A DNA stretch of 64,000 nucleotides from Eledone cirrhosa (taxonomy: Eukaryota). The DNA lies in contig OZ024747.1 in NCBI GenBank assembly GCA_964016885.1, positions 65,100,001 through 65,164,000 of the forward strand, written 5' to 3'. The translations under genes were made by a program, and so were the position numbers. The notes beneath the pieces are model-generated. The model was not told the origin of the DNA. It worked only from the letters and a program-made list of their open reading frames with translations, and did not search any database. Positions 25,280 to 39,943 of the stretch are shown here, one piece after another; positions within the stretch are counted from its first letter, which is position 1; every line of letters begins with the position of its first letter.

Positions 25280-25326
25280 TATATATATATATATATATAT
25301 GAACATATCTATATATGTGTGTGTGA

Positions 25327-25357
<31 letters not shown>

Positions 25358-28129
25358 AGTATATATATATATGAACATATCTATATATGTGTGTGTGAAT
25401 GTGTATATATATATATATAAGTCTGTGTGTGTGTTTATATGTATGTATATATATGTGTATGTATGTGTGCATACACAAGGAAAGAAAGAGGTGGTTGGGT
25501 GAGTGAGAGAAAGAAAAATCTTCATCTTATACATTTGTATATAAAACAAAGGAGAGAATGTATTGAGCTGATTTACAGCTAAATGTTATTCAAGACTGCA
25601 TTTAGAATACTTATTTAATTTTAATGTAATATTGTAAAACTTCATCTTCAATATATCTATTGTTTGTGTTTTTTTCAATTATTTCAACATTAGCTTGTTA
25701 CTGGTATCTCTAACAAGGTCTTGTGAATGCAATGAGTATTACTAGTATTATACTATTGAAGTTAGCTTATATAAATGGAAGTTATTTTATTCAAGAAGGG
25801 AATCACAGCAAGCTAAGATTTTGTTGATATCGTTGTTGTTATATTCAACCATTTAGCATTTAAACTAGCCGTATTTAGCCAGAATTCTCTCAGCATTTTC
25901 TCTTCAAACAGGCTGTAACCGGTCGCTCATACTTATGTTAAAGTATTGTTCTCAAAATAAATATCAAAATTTCATTGATTCGATATTATTCGAGATAATT
26001 ATATGAGGTAAAGCCTTTTCTGTGAAAATACAATAGTAAATATAGAGCAATGCAAATACTAAAGGGGTAAACTTTGTGCTGTGTATATAATAATGAAAAT
26101 TATTGTGTACAGTACTCAGGTGCACTACAACTCATAAAAGGTACATGTATAGTACATAGAATAATGTACAAAAGTCAGCAAAGTGAACAGTGTATGAGTC
26201 ATGATATACACACACAAACACATGCATGCATGTGTATGGAGGGGGAATATCAGGTGTAGTGTTTGTGAATTTCAGGAAGCATGGAAGTTTTGAAGGATGT
26301 AGTGTCCTAACAGCTAACAACTGATGCAGATAGTTTGTTCCGTGCTTCAGAAACTCTATCTCTACATAGTATAAGAGACAACTAAAAGTGTTTGAGTCAG
26401 GAAGGGCATCAGGACATTAAACACCATTGCCTTAAAAAGGAATCCATGACGGGTATGAAGCATGCTATAGAGACCACAAAGCAAATCCCTGCTTTAGTAG
26501 GGAAATTGACCTTAAAATTATTGTTGCAGTTCTCTTTATATTTACAGTTCGCCACACAGATATGACTACAGAAAACAGAACAATCTTTGCTTTCTACTGT
26601 TACACAATAGGAATTCCTTATATGTTGACTGGAATGGTGAGCTCTACCTAATCACTAATGATCTATCATATAAGTTAGTCACAGAAAGTGGGCACACAAT
26701 GATGGATCTTGTTTGATCTTCCTAGACTGGTGAGATTAATCTGGTTGATACTCAGTTTAAACATGTCTAGGTTGATGCCTGCACGAAAAACATGAACAGG
26801 GAGTAAATTCTAGATTGGTGCAGTTTTAGGGGGATGTAAAGAGTGGTCGAGGATGTAGCATGGTATCTCTGAGGTAAGAAAATGTAGGAAAAAACATGGA
26901 AGAAGAAAGATATACAAACAGGCTAGATTTAACATGGGAAGATATACATCTTCGCATTTTAGAGTAGAGGGTGTTGAAGAACGAGTACAAAAAAAGAAAT
27001 TTAAAGATGTACCAAAATGTCTAGGAGATTGTAGTAGTTGGTGAAAGAATTTCACCAATCCATTACACGGTCTCCTGTTGGTGTATAGCAGCAATCCCAT
27101 CCCATAATTTACTCCTAGATAGGCTGGAACACTGAAAATATGCATGTTTTCTGCTCAGAATCCTGGCGCTTCTATATTAACCATCATTCCTCATTATCAG
27201 ATAACCTATTCTATCAATACAGCCAGCTGCAATGTAGTTCTGTCAAATAACTTTATATAAACACATTTAACATTCAATAAAACTACGTAACTTTATATAT
27301 ATATCCTATGATAATATACAAGAAGAAGAAGTTTCTGAAAAAGCCATTAACGAAATACAGTTGTGATTACTGCGCAAAACCTAGAGAAAATTATGCAACA
27401 AACTAACAGAATGGATATCATTACTGGAATTGGATAGAATAAAGTTAATAGGATTAAGGTCTTAACGAGATTATAAGAATTAAATGAGACATTTCTTTTT
27501 AGAATTCATTAATATCATTTCTAACTTTCTGATATATGTAATAATCTTCAGGAATTAAATAAGATTATGAAACAAGTATTACTTACCGTTAATTTCCTAA
27601 TGAAATTAAGCTTCTGACATGACATCAGAACTAAACCTCTCACCTTAATTAGAAGTAAAAACGATGTTTAAAAGAAGTAATCTATAGTTTTTGGCAACCC
27701 AGCAAAGATATATTTGATGCATTGCTCAATGTACATAACCTTAGAAGAAAGATTTCTTCAAAACTAAAAAAAAAAAGGAAGCCATGTGTTGAAAGTTTTA
27801 AATCTTAGTACAGCATGCCAAATATAGATGAGATGACCACAAAATATTGATCATATTATGTGAAGATGAAGTGATCAAAAATATTGATTAGATTATGAGT
27901 TGATCAGAAAATATTGATCACATTATAAAAAGTTGAAATAACAATGAAGAAATAAGAATAGAACAACTCACTCAACAAACATTTAAAGACCATTTTAGTC
28001 GCTGGTCCCATGATACACTTCATATTCATTATGGTTGACTCTTTTGTCAAACAATGTTTTACAGCAAGATGCTCATCCTGGCAACAACTCTTTTAGTCAC
28101 CACTTAGGACATATAGTATACCTGTTTTA

Positions 28130-28370
28130 AACTAGATACTAGATATACACAAGGATACAGTGTACCTATTACAAGCCAGATACACACAAGCATATGGTGT
28201 ACCTATTCTAAACCAGATACACACAGGGATTATGGTATACCTATTCTAAACAAGATACACACATAGGTATGATGTACCTATTCTAAAATAGACACACACA
28301 GGGATACAGTGTACTTATTCTAAACTAGATACACACATGGGCATGGTGTACTTATTATAAACCAGATACA
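28130..28370. repeat. Minisatellite, ~34 bp unit (tacacacagggatacagtgtacctattctaaaccaga-like)
   Basis: About 7 imperfect copies. Confidence 0.8.
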
Positions 28371-28972
28371 GATAAATATAAAAAATAAGAAAACAACTGA
28401 TGGAAATATTCCTAATATGTGCTGTTGACTTTTAATAAAAATCCATACATTGCTAATATGCTAATACTTATATACACCATTAACTGCCTAGGCCTACATT
28501 AACACAGCAATGAAACACAATGTAATCAACACAACTTATTACATATATATCCCTGAGAGTCCATCACATTGGAATGGACCTCCAAGAGTTTTGATGATGA
28601 ATGTTCCACTTGTTAAATCAATAGAACAGACTGCTCATGAAAATGGCCTGAGCATTCCCGCAGACATGTGTACCCTTAACATAATTTTCTGGGATATTCA
28701 ATCAGTCTGTATGAGCAAGACAAGGTCACCTGACCTGGCATTGCTCACAACAGTACAATTCATCTAACCCATTCTAGCGTGAAAAAATGGACGTTAAACA
28801 GTGATGATGATGATTCAGCATGATACAATGTGTGACAAAGCTGCCCCTTTAAATTACTGGTACAGCCCATCTAACAGACTTCCAAACAGTTCCCATCTAC
28901 CCAATTTCACTCACAAATCATGAGACAACCTGAGGCTTTGACAAATGACACTTACTGAAGGTGACATGAAGC

Positions 28973-29260
28973 CAGGGTAGGATTTAGACCTTGTGGGGGC
29001 TTGGGACACTTCAGGTTTAGGGGACCCCTCATACACATAAAGTTAGAATACACAACAAACCCCACCAATTTTACATATCAAAGATAGCTTGGCGCACGTA
29101 ATTGGAATTGAAAAGTTATACATAGAAGTATTAAATTCAAAAATTCTAACCATCCTAACACTAAAAATCCCAGCTGAGGGCACAAATAAATTGCTAAAGC
29201 CCCCACTGCAGGGGGCCCTGGAAAATGTCCCCCCCCCCCCCCCCATTAAATCTAACCCTG
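28973..29260. mobile_element. hAT-like MITE
   Basis: CAGGG..GGATTTA / TAAATCTAACCCTG terminal inverted repeats; 8 bp TSD catgaagc/catgcagt (6 of 8). Confidence 0.7.
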
Positions 29261-30869
29261 CATGCAGTAAGTATGAACCTGAGCTTTAATAGTTGTGAAA
29301 CAAACTTCTTAATGATTCAGCCATGCTGTGTCCTCAATTCATCACATTAACCCATTAACATTTAAACCAGCCATATCCAGCCAGAATTTTCTCACCTCTT
29401 TCTTTTCAAACCAGCCATAACTGGCTGCTCAAACTTATGTTAAGGTATTGTTCTCAATATAGATATCAAAATCTTATAGATTCGAATTATGGGAGATAAA
29501 GTCTTTACTGTGAAAATACAATAATAAATATAGAGTAATGTAAATGGTAAAGGGTTAACATATTAATGAAACACAATGTGATCAACACAACACTACTTAA
29601 ATACACTACTGACTGTTCACCACATTAACGCATTAATTAAAAACAATGTAATCAATATAACTAATTATATACATCCCAAACTGCCCACCACCACATTAAC
29701 ACAAGACAATGTTGTCAACACAACACGCAAGATGATAACATTAAAGGTTCTTTCATAATTAACAGGAAAATCGATATTTCAAATTTGCCATATAATTCCT
29801 CTTTTTTTTTTTGTAAAAACAAGGTATTTATTAAGATATTTAAAAGACAAAAGAAGTAAAAGAAATGGGAAGCTGATAAACTCTACACCCTTGGTTGGGT
29901 AACATATTTCAACTGTGCACCATGTGTAAGATGTAATGGAAAATGGAATGCCTAAATTTCCATAGCATGAAAAGATAAATAAACCAGCACTTCAAACTAA
30001 TTTGATGTCTCTACAGGATAGCTCTAGGCTGGTGAATTAACAGAGTTGTTAGAACACCTGATAAAATGCTTTAGGGTATTTGTCTCTGAGTTCAAATCCT
30101 GCCATGGTCAACTTTGCTTTTCATCCTTTCAAGGTCAATAATAAAGGTACTAGTCCAGTACTGGGTTCGATTCTTCCTCTATATCTCCTTCTTATTTCCT
30201 CTCTCTCTCACTTTCTATCTTTCTCTGGAAGAAATCTGCTGAATTCAGAGCTGGAGTGAGATGGGCTTTGCCAGGTTTAAAATGCCCCAGAAATGTTGTA
30301 TGTCAATACAGCGCCCCTACAACTTTATCAGGAATTACAGGACCATACATATATACATACAGAATAGCTTATTCTGCTAGAAAAAGCTGCCTGTATTCAC
30401 ACTCTGCAGTCATAAAATATGCGTGGGCAAGGTTGTCCTCAATATACAAAAAGATATGATGATCAGAGCTCAAAAATATTTGAAGATGTGTCAATTTAAT
30501 GAAAGCTAGTCTGAGTTATGTCAGAACAATAACAACAATAAGCAGATGGAGAATAAAAAAAAAAAACTTATTTGTTATTTTCCACAATGGATTTCCTAAA
30601 CATCATCACCCACCCAGGCAACACATTCGCTATTATGACCATGAATCACTTCCATGATACACATTATCATTTCATTTGTTTTTACACAATTACAATAAAA
30701 TTGTATTATATTTGACAGTTATAGCAGAAAATGGCAGTTATACAACAAAATGTATTCTAACTGCCGGGAAAATGTCCAAGATGTAGAATATATACTGAAC
30801 TCTGCAATTTAATTTAATAAAATTACAGACATATATCTACAAAACAGATACAAGGCTGTGAAATAGAGC

Positions 30870-31070
30870 AACATAGTAGAGCAACTTAGTTGAGCAGCTT
30901 AGTGGAGCAACTTAGTAGGGCAACTTAGTGAAGCAACTTAATAAAGCAGCTTAGTTGAGCAGCTTAGTGAGGCAACTTAGTGGAGCAAATTAGTAGAGCA
31001 GTTTAGCAAAGCAACATAGTGAGGCAACTTAGAAGAGAAAAATAGTGGGGAAACTTAGAGCAACCTAAGA
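30870..31070. repeat. 13 bp tandem repeat (gagcaacttagtg)
   Basis: About 15 imperfect copies. Confidence 0.85.
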
Positions 31071-31511
31071 GAAACCAGGTAGAGAACAAATTAATAGATA
31101 GCACGTAAAGAAATCAAACAACAAAATAGAAAGAATACATTTAAAAGCATTACAGCCAACGAATGGCAAAACAAATATAAAAATATATATAACATAAACA
31201 ACAAAAAATATATACATTTAAATAATAAACTATAAACATAGAGAATATAAAACCTAAAGAGGAACCTCACGCAAGGAAAAAACAATAAAATACAGTGAAA
31301 TCAAAGAGAAACATATCTCTATAATATTGACCAACAAAAGATAAAATAGAGCTAAGCCATTGAAAATATAAACAGAAGTAAATGTGAGAAAGAAAATATA
31401 ACAGTGAAATTACATAAAGACAAATATTTTGCACATGTCAATAATCAAAGAAGAAATGGTTAAATAATTAAAATCAATAGAAACCTTGTCATGGATAACA
31501 GTTAACAATAA

Positions 31512-32118
31512 ATAAACAGAAAAAATGAAACAAAATTTCACTTCCCACTCTTAGTACGGCTGTTACTTAAATATAAGTATGTACACGTACATACATGCAC
31601 ACATATATATATATATGTACGTATGGATTCACCGAACATTTATTATAATGCTCGGTGTGTTTGTAAACAAACATCCCGTATTAAGCCGTAGTGTCCAGCA
31701 ACCACCGTTGCTCGTTTGTTCAACACTGACAAAGGACCGCTGTACTAGTTTCAAGCTTGTTAGCTATCGTCAGCAACGTATACCTTCCTGCCAGATTGTT
31801 GAACGTCCAAAAGTATATACTTTCCTTATGCATATTAATGGCTGAGTAGCCCAATTTGCATATCGAGTGGGTTAATCGGCCGGGTGCACCGAAAACGATA
31901 AACGGAAAAAATGAAACGAAATTTCACTTCCCACTCTTAGTACGGCTGTTACTTAAATATAAGTATGTACACATACATACATATATGTATACAGACGTAC
32001 AGTAGTATGTATATATATATATATACATACATGCACACATATATATATGTACGTATGGATTCACCAAACATTTTATTATAAATATGTACGTATGGATTCA
32101 CCAAACAATTTATTATAA
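31512..32118 (-). mobile_element. Retrozyme-like partial tandem (period 386 bp) with one HHR
   Basis: Direct repeats 31512-31648 and 31898-32080; non-coding. A family fragment also lies at ~8320-8419. Confidence 0.7.
31738..31778 (-). ncRNA. Minimal type I hammerhead ribozyme
   Basis: CGUUG CUGACGA U-AGCU-AACA-AGCU-U GAA ACUAGU A CAGCG; palindromic stem III; outer helix gttcaaca/tgttgaac. Confidence 0.8.
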
Positions 32119-32339
32119 ATAAACAACAGTTTTTAAAAGGTGCAGGATTGAAATTGCTGCAGTCTTTAAATCATCTAGTCTACACAACAGCTATATTTTA
32201 ATCAGAATAGGAAGTTGATATGACCTTAATCCTTTTGTGACTAGTTATAAAAAAAGGACACTCTGTTCCAATCAAGTAATAAAGAATTGCGAGGAATTTA
32301 CTAAAATTATTATTTTTTTGATTTGCAAGGTTTTTGATA

Positions 32340-32545
32340 TGGCAACAATACTATAGAAATAGAAACAATACTATAGAAATAGCAACAATACTATAGAAAT
32401 AGCAACAATACTAGAGAAATAACAACAATACTATAGAAATAACAACAATACTATAGAAATAGCAACAATACTAGAGAAATAACAACAATACTATAGAAAT
32501 AACAACAATACTATAGAAATAGCAACAATACTAAGAAATAGCAAC
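32340..32545. repeat. 20 bp tandem repeat (agcaacaatactatagaaat)
   Basis: About 10 copies. Confidence 0.95.
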
Positions 32546-32944
32546 AATAATAACAATGACAATACTAGAGGACAACATCGTTAGCGACACAACAACAACA
32601 ATATTAGAAAAATAACAACTCGAGAGAAATAACAATAATACTGATACAGTAACAATCAATATCAACAATGAGACAACAAATAAAACCAGAGATTATTGTA
32701 AAATCACAAAAACAAAACTGTAAAGTGCCATAGAAAAAATATTTTCCTGTCCATCCAAAGAGATTTTACAAATATTAAAGTATGAAGAAAAAAATATTAC
32801 AAATATTAAAGTATGAAGAAAAAAATAACAATATAAACAGTAGGAGTAGTAGAAGAGGGTTTCCCAGATAATTATGAATAGGAATTGCAACAATATGGTA
32901 GAAAAATGATAAGCCTGGGAAGACATAACAAGTGTAAAAATATT

Positions 32945-33890
32945 GCTGATGCTGTAAAATATATAAACATGCTGCAAAATATGTAAATAGACACTGCAAA
33001 ATATGTAAACAGATGTTACAAAATATCATAACAGATGCTGCAAAATATATAAACAAATGCTGCTAAACATGTAAACAGATGTGGCTAAATATGTAAACAG
33101 ATGTTGCAAAATATATAAGCAGATGTTGCAAAATATATTAACAGATGTTGCAAAATATATTAACAGATGTTGCAAAATATATTAACAGATGTTGCAAAAT
33201 ACATTAACAGATGATATGAAATATATTAACAGATGATATGAAATATATTAACAGACGCTGCTAAATACGTAAACAGATATGGCTAAATATATAAACAGAT
33301 GTTGCAAAATATATAAATGGATGATGCAAAATATATTAACAGATGATATAAAATATATTAACAGATGCTGCTAAATATATTAACAGATGCTGCTAAATAT
33401 GTAATCAGATATGGCTAAATATGTAAACAGATATTGCAAAATATATAAACAGATGATGTAAAATACATAAACAGATGATGCAAAATATATTAACAGATGT
33501 TTCAAAATACATTAACAGATGATATGAAATATATTAACAGATGATATGAAATGTATTAACAGATGATATGAAATATATGAACAGATGCTGCAAAATATAT
33601 TAACAGATGTTGCAAAATATATTAACATACACTGCTAAGTATGTAAACAGGTGTGGCTAAATATGTAGACAGGTGTGGCTAAATATGTAAACAGATGTGG
33701 CTAAATATGTAAACAGATGTTGCAAAATATATTAACAGATGTTTCAAAATACATTAACAGATGATATGAAATATATTAAAAGATGATATGAAATATATTA
33801 AGAGATAATATGAAATATACTAACAGATGCTGCAAAATATATTAATAGATGTTGTAAACTATATAAACAGATAATGCAAAATATATACCA
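32945..33890. repeat. 23 bp minisatellite (aacagatgttgcaaaatatatt-like)
   Basis: About 40 imperfect copies. Confidence 0.95.
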
Positions 33891-34253
33891 GACACTAGCC
33901 TAAATCTATTTTACTGATAATGTATTTACCACAAATCCAAGGAAAGGAAAAAAATTTTTGTTTTGTTTTTCTTTTTTTCTTTTATTTTGAGGGGGTGGGG
34001 AGGGCAGGTACTTATGGGAATGTGGAGTGTCTGCAACTTCAACTAATTACAAGTTTAGTTATATAATAGGGATATGAAGTTGGCAGCCTGTAGCTAGGTG
34101 TCACACCTGAAGTAATATCATCCTGTGGATGTATAGTGCATCTGTGACTCCATCAATCCAACACATGTTGTCTTCTTCTAGCTCACAGCTGAAGTACTTG
34201 TGTTATTTGCCCACAGGCCCAGCTGGTTAGCAGCCACACATGTTTATCATTGT

Positions 34254-37200
34254 GGCTATAATACACATTAGCTACCATGTGTGTTTAACATATTGGCTAT
34301 AATACACATTAGCTACCATGTGTGTTTAACATATTGGCTATAATACACATTAGTTACCATGTGTGTTTAACATACTCGCTATAATACACATTAGTTACCA
34401 TGTGTGTTTAACATACTCGCTATAATACACATTAGCTACCATGTGTGTTTAACATATTGGCTATAATACACATTAGCTACCATGTGTGTTTAACATACTC
34501 GCTATAATACACATTAGCTACCATGTGTGTTTAACATATTGGCTATAATACACATTAGCTACCATGTGTGTTTAACATATTGGCTATAATACACATTAGT
34601 TACCATGTGTGTTTAACATACTCGCTATAATACACATTAGTTACCATGTGTGTTTAACATACTCGCTATAATACACATTAGCTACCATGTGTGTTTAACA
34701 TATTGGCTATAATACACATTAGCTACCATGTGTGTTTAACATACTCGCTATAATACACATTAGCTACCATGTGTGTTTAACATACTCGCTATAATACACA
34801 TTAGCTACCATGTGTGTTTAACATATTGGCTATAATACACATTAGCTACCATGTGTGTTTAACATACTGGCTATAATACACATTAGCTACCATGTGTGTT
34901 TAACATACTCGCTATAATACACATTAGCTACCATGTGTGTTTAACATACTCGCTATAATACACATTAGCTACCATGTGTGTTTAACATATTGGCTATAAT
35001 ACACATTAGCTACCATGTGTGTTTAACATATTGGCTATAATACACATTAGCTACCATGTGTGTTGAACATACTCGCTATAATACACATTAGCTACCATGT
35101 GTGTTTAACATATTGGCTATAATACACATTAGCTACCATGTGTGTTTAACATACTCGCTATAATACACATTAGCTACCATGTGTGTTTAACATACTCGCT
35201 ATAATACACATTAGCTACCATGTGTGTTTAACATACTCGCTATAATACACATTAGCTACCATGTGTGTTTAACATACTCGCTATAATACACATTAGTTAC
35301 CATGTGTGTTTAACATACTCGCTATAATACACATTAGCTACCATGTGTGTTTAACATACTGGCTATAATACACATTAGCTACCATGTGTGTTTAACATAC
35401 TCGCTATAATACACATTAGCTACCATGTGTGTTTAACATACTCGCTATAATACACATTAGCTACCATGTGTGTTTAACATACTCGCTATAATACACATTA
35501 GCTACCATGTGTGTTTAACATACTCGCTATAATACACATTAGCTACCATGTGTGTTTAACATACTCGCTATAATACACATTAGCTACCATGTGTGTTTAA
35601 CATACTCGCTATAATACACATTAGCTACCATGTGTGTTTAACATACTCGCTATAATACACATTAGCTACCATGTGTGTTTAACATACTGGCTATAATACA
35701 CATTAGCTACCATGTGTGTTTAACATACTCGCTATAATACACATTAGCTACCATGTGTGTTTAACATACTCGCTATAATACACATTAGTTACCATGTGTG
35801 TTTAACATACTCGCTATAATACACATTAGCTACCATGTGTGTTTAACATACTCGCTATAATACACATTAGTTACCATGTGTGTTTAACATATTGGCTATA
35901 ATACACATTAGCTACCATGTGTGTTTAACATACTCGCTATAATACACATTAGCTACCATGTGTGTTTAACATACTCGCTATAATACACATTAGCTACCAT
36001 GTGTGTTTAACATACTCGCTATAATACACATTAGCTACCATGTGTGTTTAACATACTCGCTATAATACACATTAGCTACCATGTGTGTTTAACATACTCG
36101 CTATAATACACATTAGCTACCATGTGTGTTTAACATACTCGCTATAATACACATTAGTTACCATGTGTGTTTAACATATTGGCTATAATACACATTAGCT
36201 ACCATGTGTGTTTAACATATTGGCTATAATACACATTAGCTACCATGTGTGTTTAACATATTGGCTATAATACACATTAGTTACCATGTGTGTTTAACAT
36301 ACTCGCTATAATACACATTAGCTACCATGTGTGTTTAACATACTCGCTATAATACACATTAGCTACCATGTGTGTTTAACATACTCGCTATAATACACAT
36401 TAGCTACCATGTGTGTTTAACATATTGGCTATAATACACATTAGCTACCATGTGTGTTTAACATATTGGCTATAATACACATTAGTTACCATGTGTGTTT
36501 AACATACTCGCTATAATACACATTAGCTACCATGTGTGTTTAACATACTGGCTATAATACACATTAGCTACCATGTGTGTTTAACATACTCGCTATAATA
36601 CACATTAGTTACCATGTGTGTTTAACATACTGGCTATAATACACATTAGCTACCATGTGTGTTTAACATATTGGCTATAATACACATTAGCTACCATGTG
36701 TGTTTAACATATTGGCTATAATACACATTAGCTACCATGTGTGTTTAACATATTGGCTATAATACACATTAGCTACCATGTGTGTTTAACATACTGGCTA
36801 TAATACACATTAGCTACCATGTGTGTTTAACATATTGGCTATAATACACATTAGTTACCATGTGTGTTTAACATACTGGCTATAATACACATTAGCTACC
36901 ATGTGTGTTTAACATATTGGCTATAATACACATTAGCTACCATGTGTGTTTAACATATTGGCTATAATACACATTAGCTACCATGTGTGTTTAACATACT
37001 GGCTATAATACACATTAGCTACCATGTGTGTTTAACATACTGGCTATAATACACATTAGCTACCATGTGTGTTTAACATATTGGCTATAATACACATTAG
37101 CTACCATGTGTGTTTAACATATTGGCTATAATACACATTAGTTACCATGTGTGTTTAACATACTGGCTATAATACACATTAGCTACCATGTGTGTTTAAC

Positions 37201-38211
37201 ATATTGGCTATAATACACATTAGCTACCATGTGTGTTTAACATACTCGCTATAATACACATTAGCTACCATGTGTGTTTAACATATTGGCTATAATACAC
37301 ATTAGTTACCATGTGTGTTTAACATACTGGCTATAATACACATTAGCTACCATGTGTGTTTAACATATTGGCTATAATACACATTAGCTACCATGTGTGT
37401 TTAACATACTGGCTATAATACACATTAGCTACCATGTGTGTTTAACATACTCGCTATAATACACATTAGTTACCATGTGTGTTTAACATACTGGCTATAA
37501 TACACATTAGTTACCATGTGTGTTTAACATACTGGCTATAATACACATTAGTTACCATGTGTGTTTAACATACTGGCTATAATACACATTAGTTACCATG
37601 TGTGTTGAACATACTCGCTATAATACACATTAGCTACCATGTGTGTTTAACATATTGGCTATAATACACATTAGCTACCATGTGTGTTTAACATATTGGC
37701 TATAATACACATTAGCTACCATGTGTGTTTAACATATTGGCTATAATACACATTAGCTACCATGTGTGTTTAACATACTCGCTATAATACACATTAGCTA
37801 CCATGTGTGTTTAACATATTGGCTATAATACACATTAGCTACCATGTGTGTTTAACATATTGGCTATAATACACATTAGCTACCATGTGTGTTTAACATA
37901 TTGGCTATAATACACATTAGTTACCATGTGTGTTTAACATATTGGCTATAATACACATTAGTTACCATGTGTGTTTAACATACTGGCTATAATACACATT
38001 AGTTACCATGTGTGTTTAACATATTGGCTATAATACACATTAGCTACCATGTGTGTTTAACATACTCGCTATAATACACATTAGCTACCATGTGTGTTTA
38101 ACATACTCGCTATAATACACATTAGCTACCATGTGTGTTTAACATACTCGCTATAATACACATTAGCTACCATGTGTGTTTAACATACTGGCTATAATAC
38201 ACATTAGTTAC
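34254..38211. repeat. 41 bp minisatellite, ~96 copies
   Basis: Unit ggctataatacacattagctaccatgtgtgtttaacatatt with a few diagnostic variants. Confidence 0.98.
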
Positions 38212-38253
38212 CTCACAACTGTTCTGTAAATTATAACAATGTTTTCTACTTAC

Positions 38254-38321
38254 TGTTTTATGGATTGCTTGTCATTCATGTTTTTCGCTGTTTGGACAGC
38301 TGCTTCAGATTTGGGGTTTAT
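38254..38321 (-). CDS. CFAP65: Probable CFAP65-like exon E (INPKSEAAVQTAKNMNDKQSIK); reads to Q-stop at 38250 if unspliced
   Basis: gtgttacag acceptor; only phase 0 is open, which matches exon D; gtaagt donor at 38253. Sequence similarity is weak. Confidence 0.55.
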
Positions 38322-38537
38322 CTGTAACACAATATAGAAAAGCATATATATATATATATATCATCATCATCATCATCATCGTTTAACGTCTATCTTCCAC
38401 GCAAGCATGGGTTAGACGGGAGTTGTCCCACTTGAGGCAAGGTTGGTCAGGTGACCATGTCTCGCTCGTATAGGACAATCTGGCAGGCTTTCTACGGCTG
38501 GATGCCTTTCCTAACACCAACCACATTTACAGTGTGG

Positions 38538-38580
<43 letters not shown>

Positions 38581-38840
38581 AGACCACCCATGACCCGTTG
38601 GGTCACATTCACTTCAAAATGTTTTTTTAAATCATGGTCACTTAAAAATAATTTTTAAATAATTAAAATATTCACAGACATGTATATAATGTGAAATGAA
38701 ACTGGAAGGCCCATATATATACGTGTGTGTATGTATATATATGTATGTGCATGTATATATATATGTGGGTGTCTGTGATTTATATACACTGGTCATAGAC
38801 ACACACACACATATATATACATACACATATATATACATAA

Positions 38841-38900
<60 letters not shown>

Positions 38901-39458
38901 GAATAAAGTTAGTCCTTCATCAGTGATCTTTCAACCATCATTGGTATTTCATTGCTTTAAAGACCATATACCTCCGGTTGGTGCGAGCAACGGCTAAAAA
39001 AAGTCGTTGTGGCACGTAAATAAAGGGGACACGAGAGTGTAAACAAACAAAGATGCTGAAGCAACGAAAAGTGAGGAAGAACGAGTCAAGTCCCAAATTT
39101 CCATGAATATAAGTTGGGTGAAATCGTGAACGAGAGAGAATAAAGACCATCAAACCTGGTTGGAATGTGAGCAAGGAAGGAATTCCGTACAGGTCTAACG
39201 GGAGGAAGAAGGAATCTAGTCTGTGAATTCGGTAACATAAGTTCTGTGAAATCGTAGATGAGAGAGAGAAAAAAGGCGAACCAGCCTGACCAAGCGTGCG
39301 AAATATATATACATATACAATTCCAGAGTCAGGTTCAATAATCATTAATAGATCGTTCCTCAAGCTGATTGTCAGTGAAACATATGTAATATGTTATTAA
39401 ATATGTTATGACGCAACACTGATTCTTTGTTCCTTTCTTCTTATACTGTATATATATA

Positions 39459-39943
39459 TCATCATCATCATCATCATCAACGTTTAACGTCCGTGTTCCA
39501 CGCTTGCATGGGTTTGGACGGGGGTAGTCCCACTTGAGGCAAGAGTGATTGTCTTGCTCGCATAGGACTGTCTGGCAGGTTTTCTACAGTTGGATGCCCT
39601 TCCTAACACCAACCACATTTACAGTGTGGGTCTGGGAGGTTTTTACCGTGTTGCCTACACGGCCACATTACAGCGTGGACTGTGTGTTTTTTTGTCGTGA
39701 CACCTACACGATCTCATTTGTTTCGGCCTCGATGGCGCGGCACCAACATAACTTTACATAGAACGGGGTGGTGTGGATGGGGTGGGGGTGGTGGTGGTGG
39801 GACGGGGTGTATTTTGTTAGAGATGCCTACTGGCTGGAGTAGGTTTTACTATATATTTAGGTAAGGCGGGTCTTCTCTGTTACTGAGTACCGCCAAAGGT
39901 CTCGGTCCAGTGACATTGTCTTGGAGAGGTGTAAGTGTGTGAT
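39459..39943 (-). mobile_element. Young RTE 3' end
   Basis: Nearly identical to 13249-13727. Confidence 0.95.

Noticed and set aside
26810-27131. Candidate final CFAP65 exon starting VPAY
   Set aside because: Phase fits, but the rest lacks the conserved terminal motif.
34254-38211. CRISPR-like array
   Set aside because: Head-to-tail units with no unique spacers, no cas genes, eukaryotic context.
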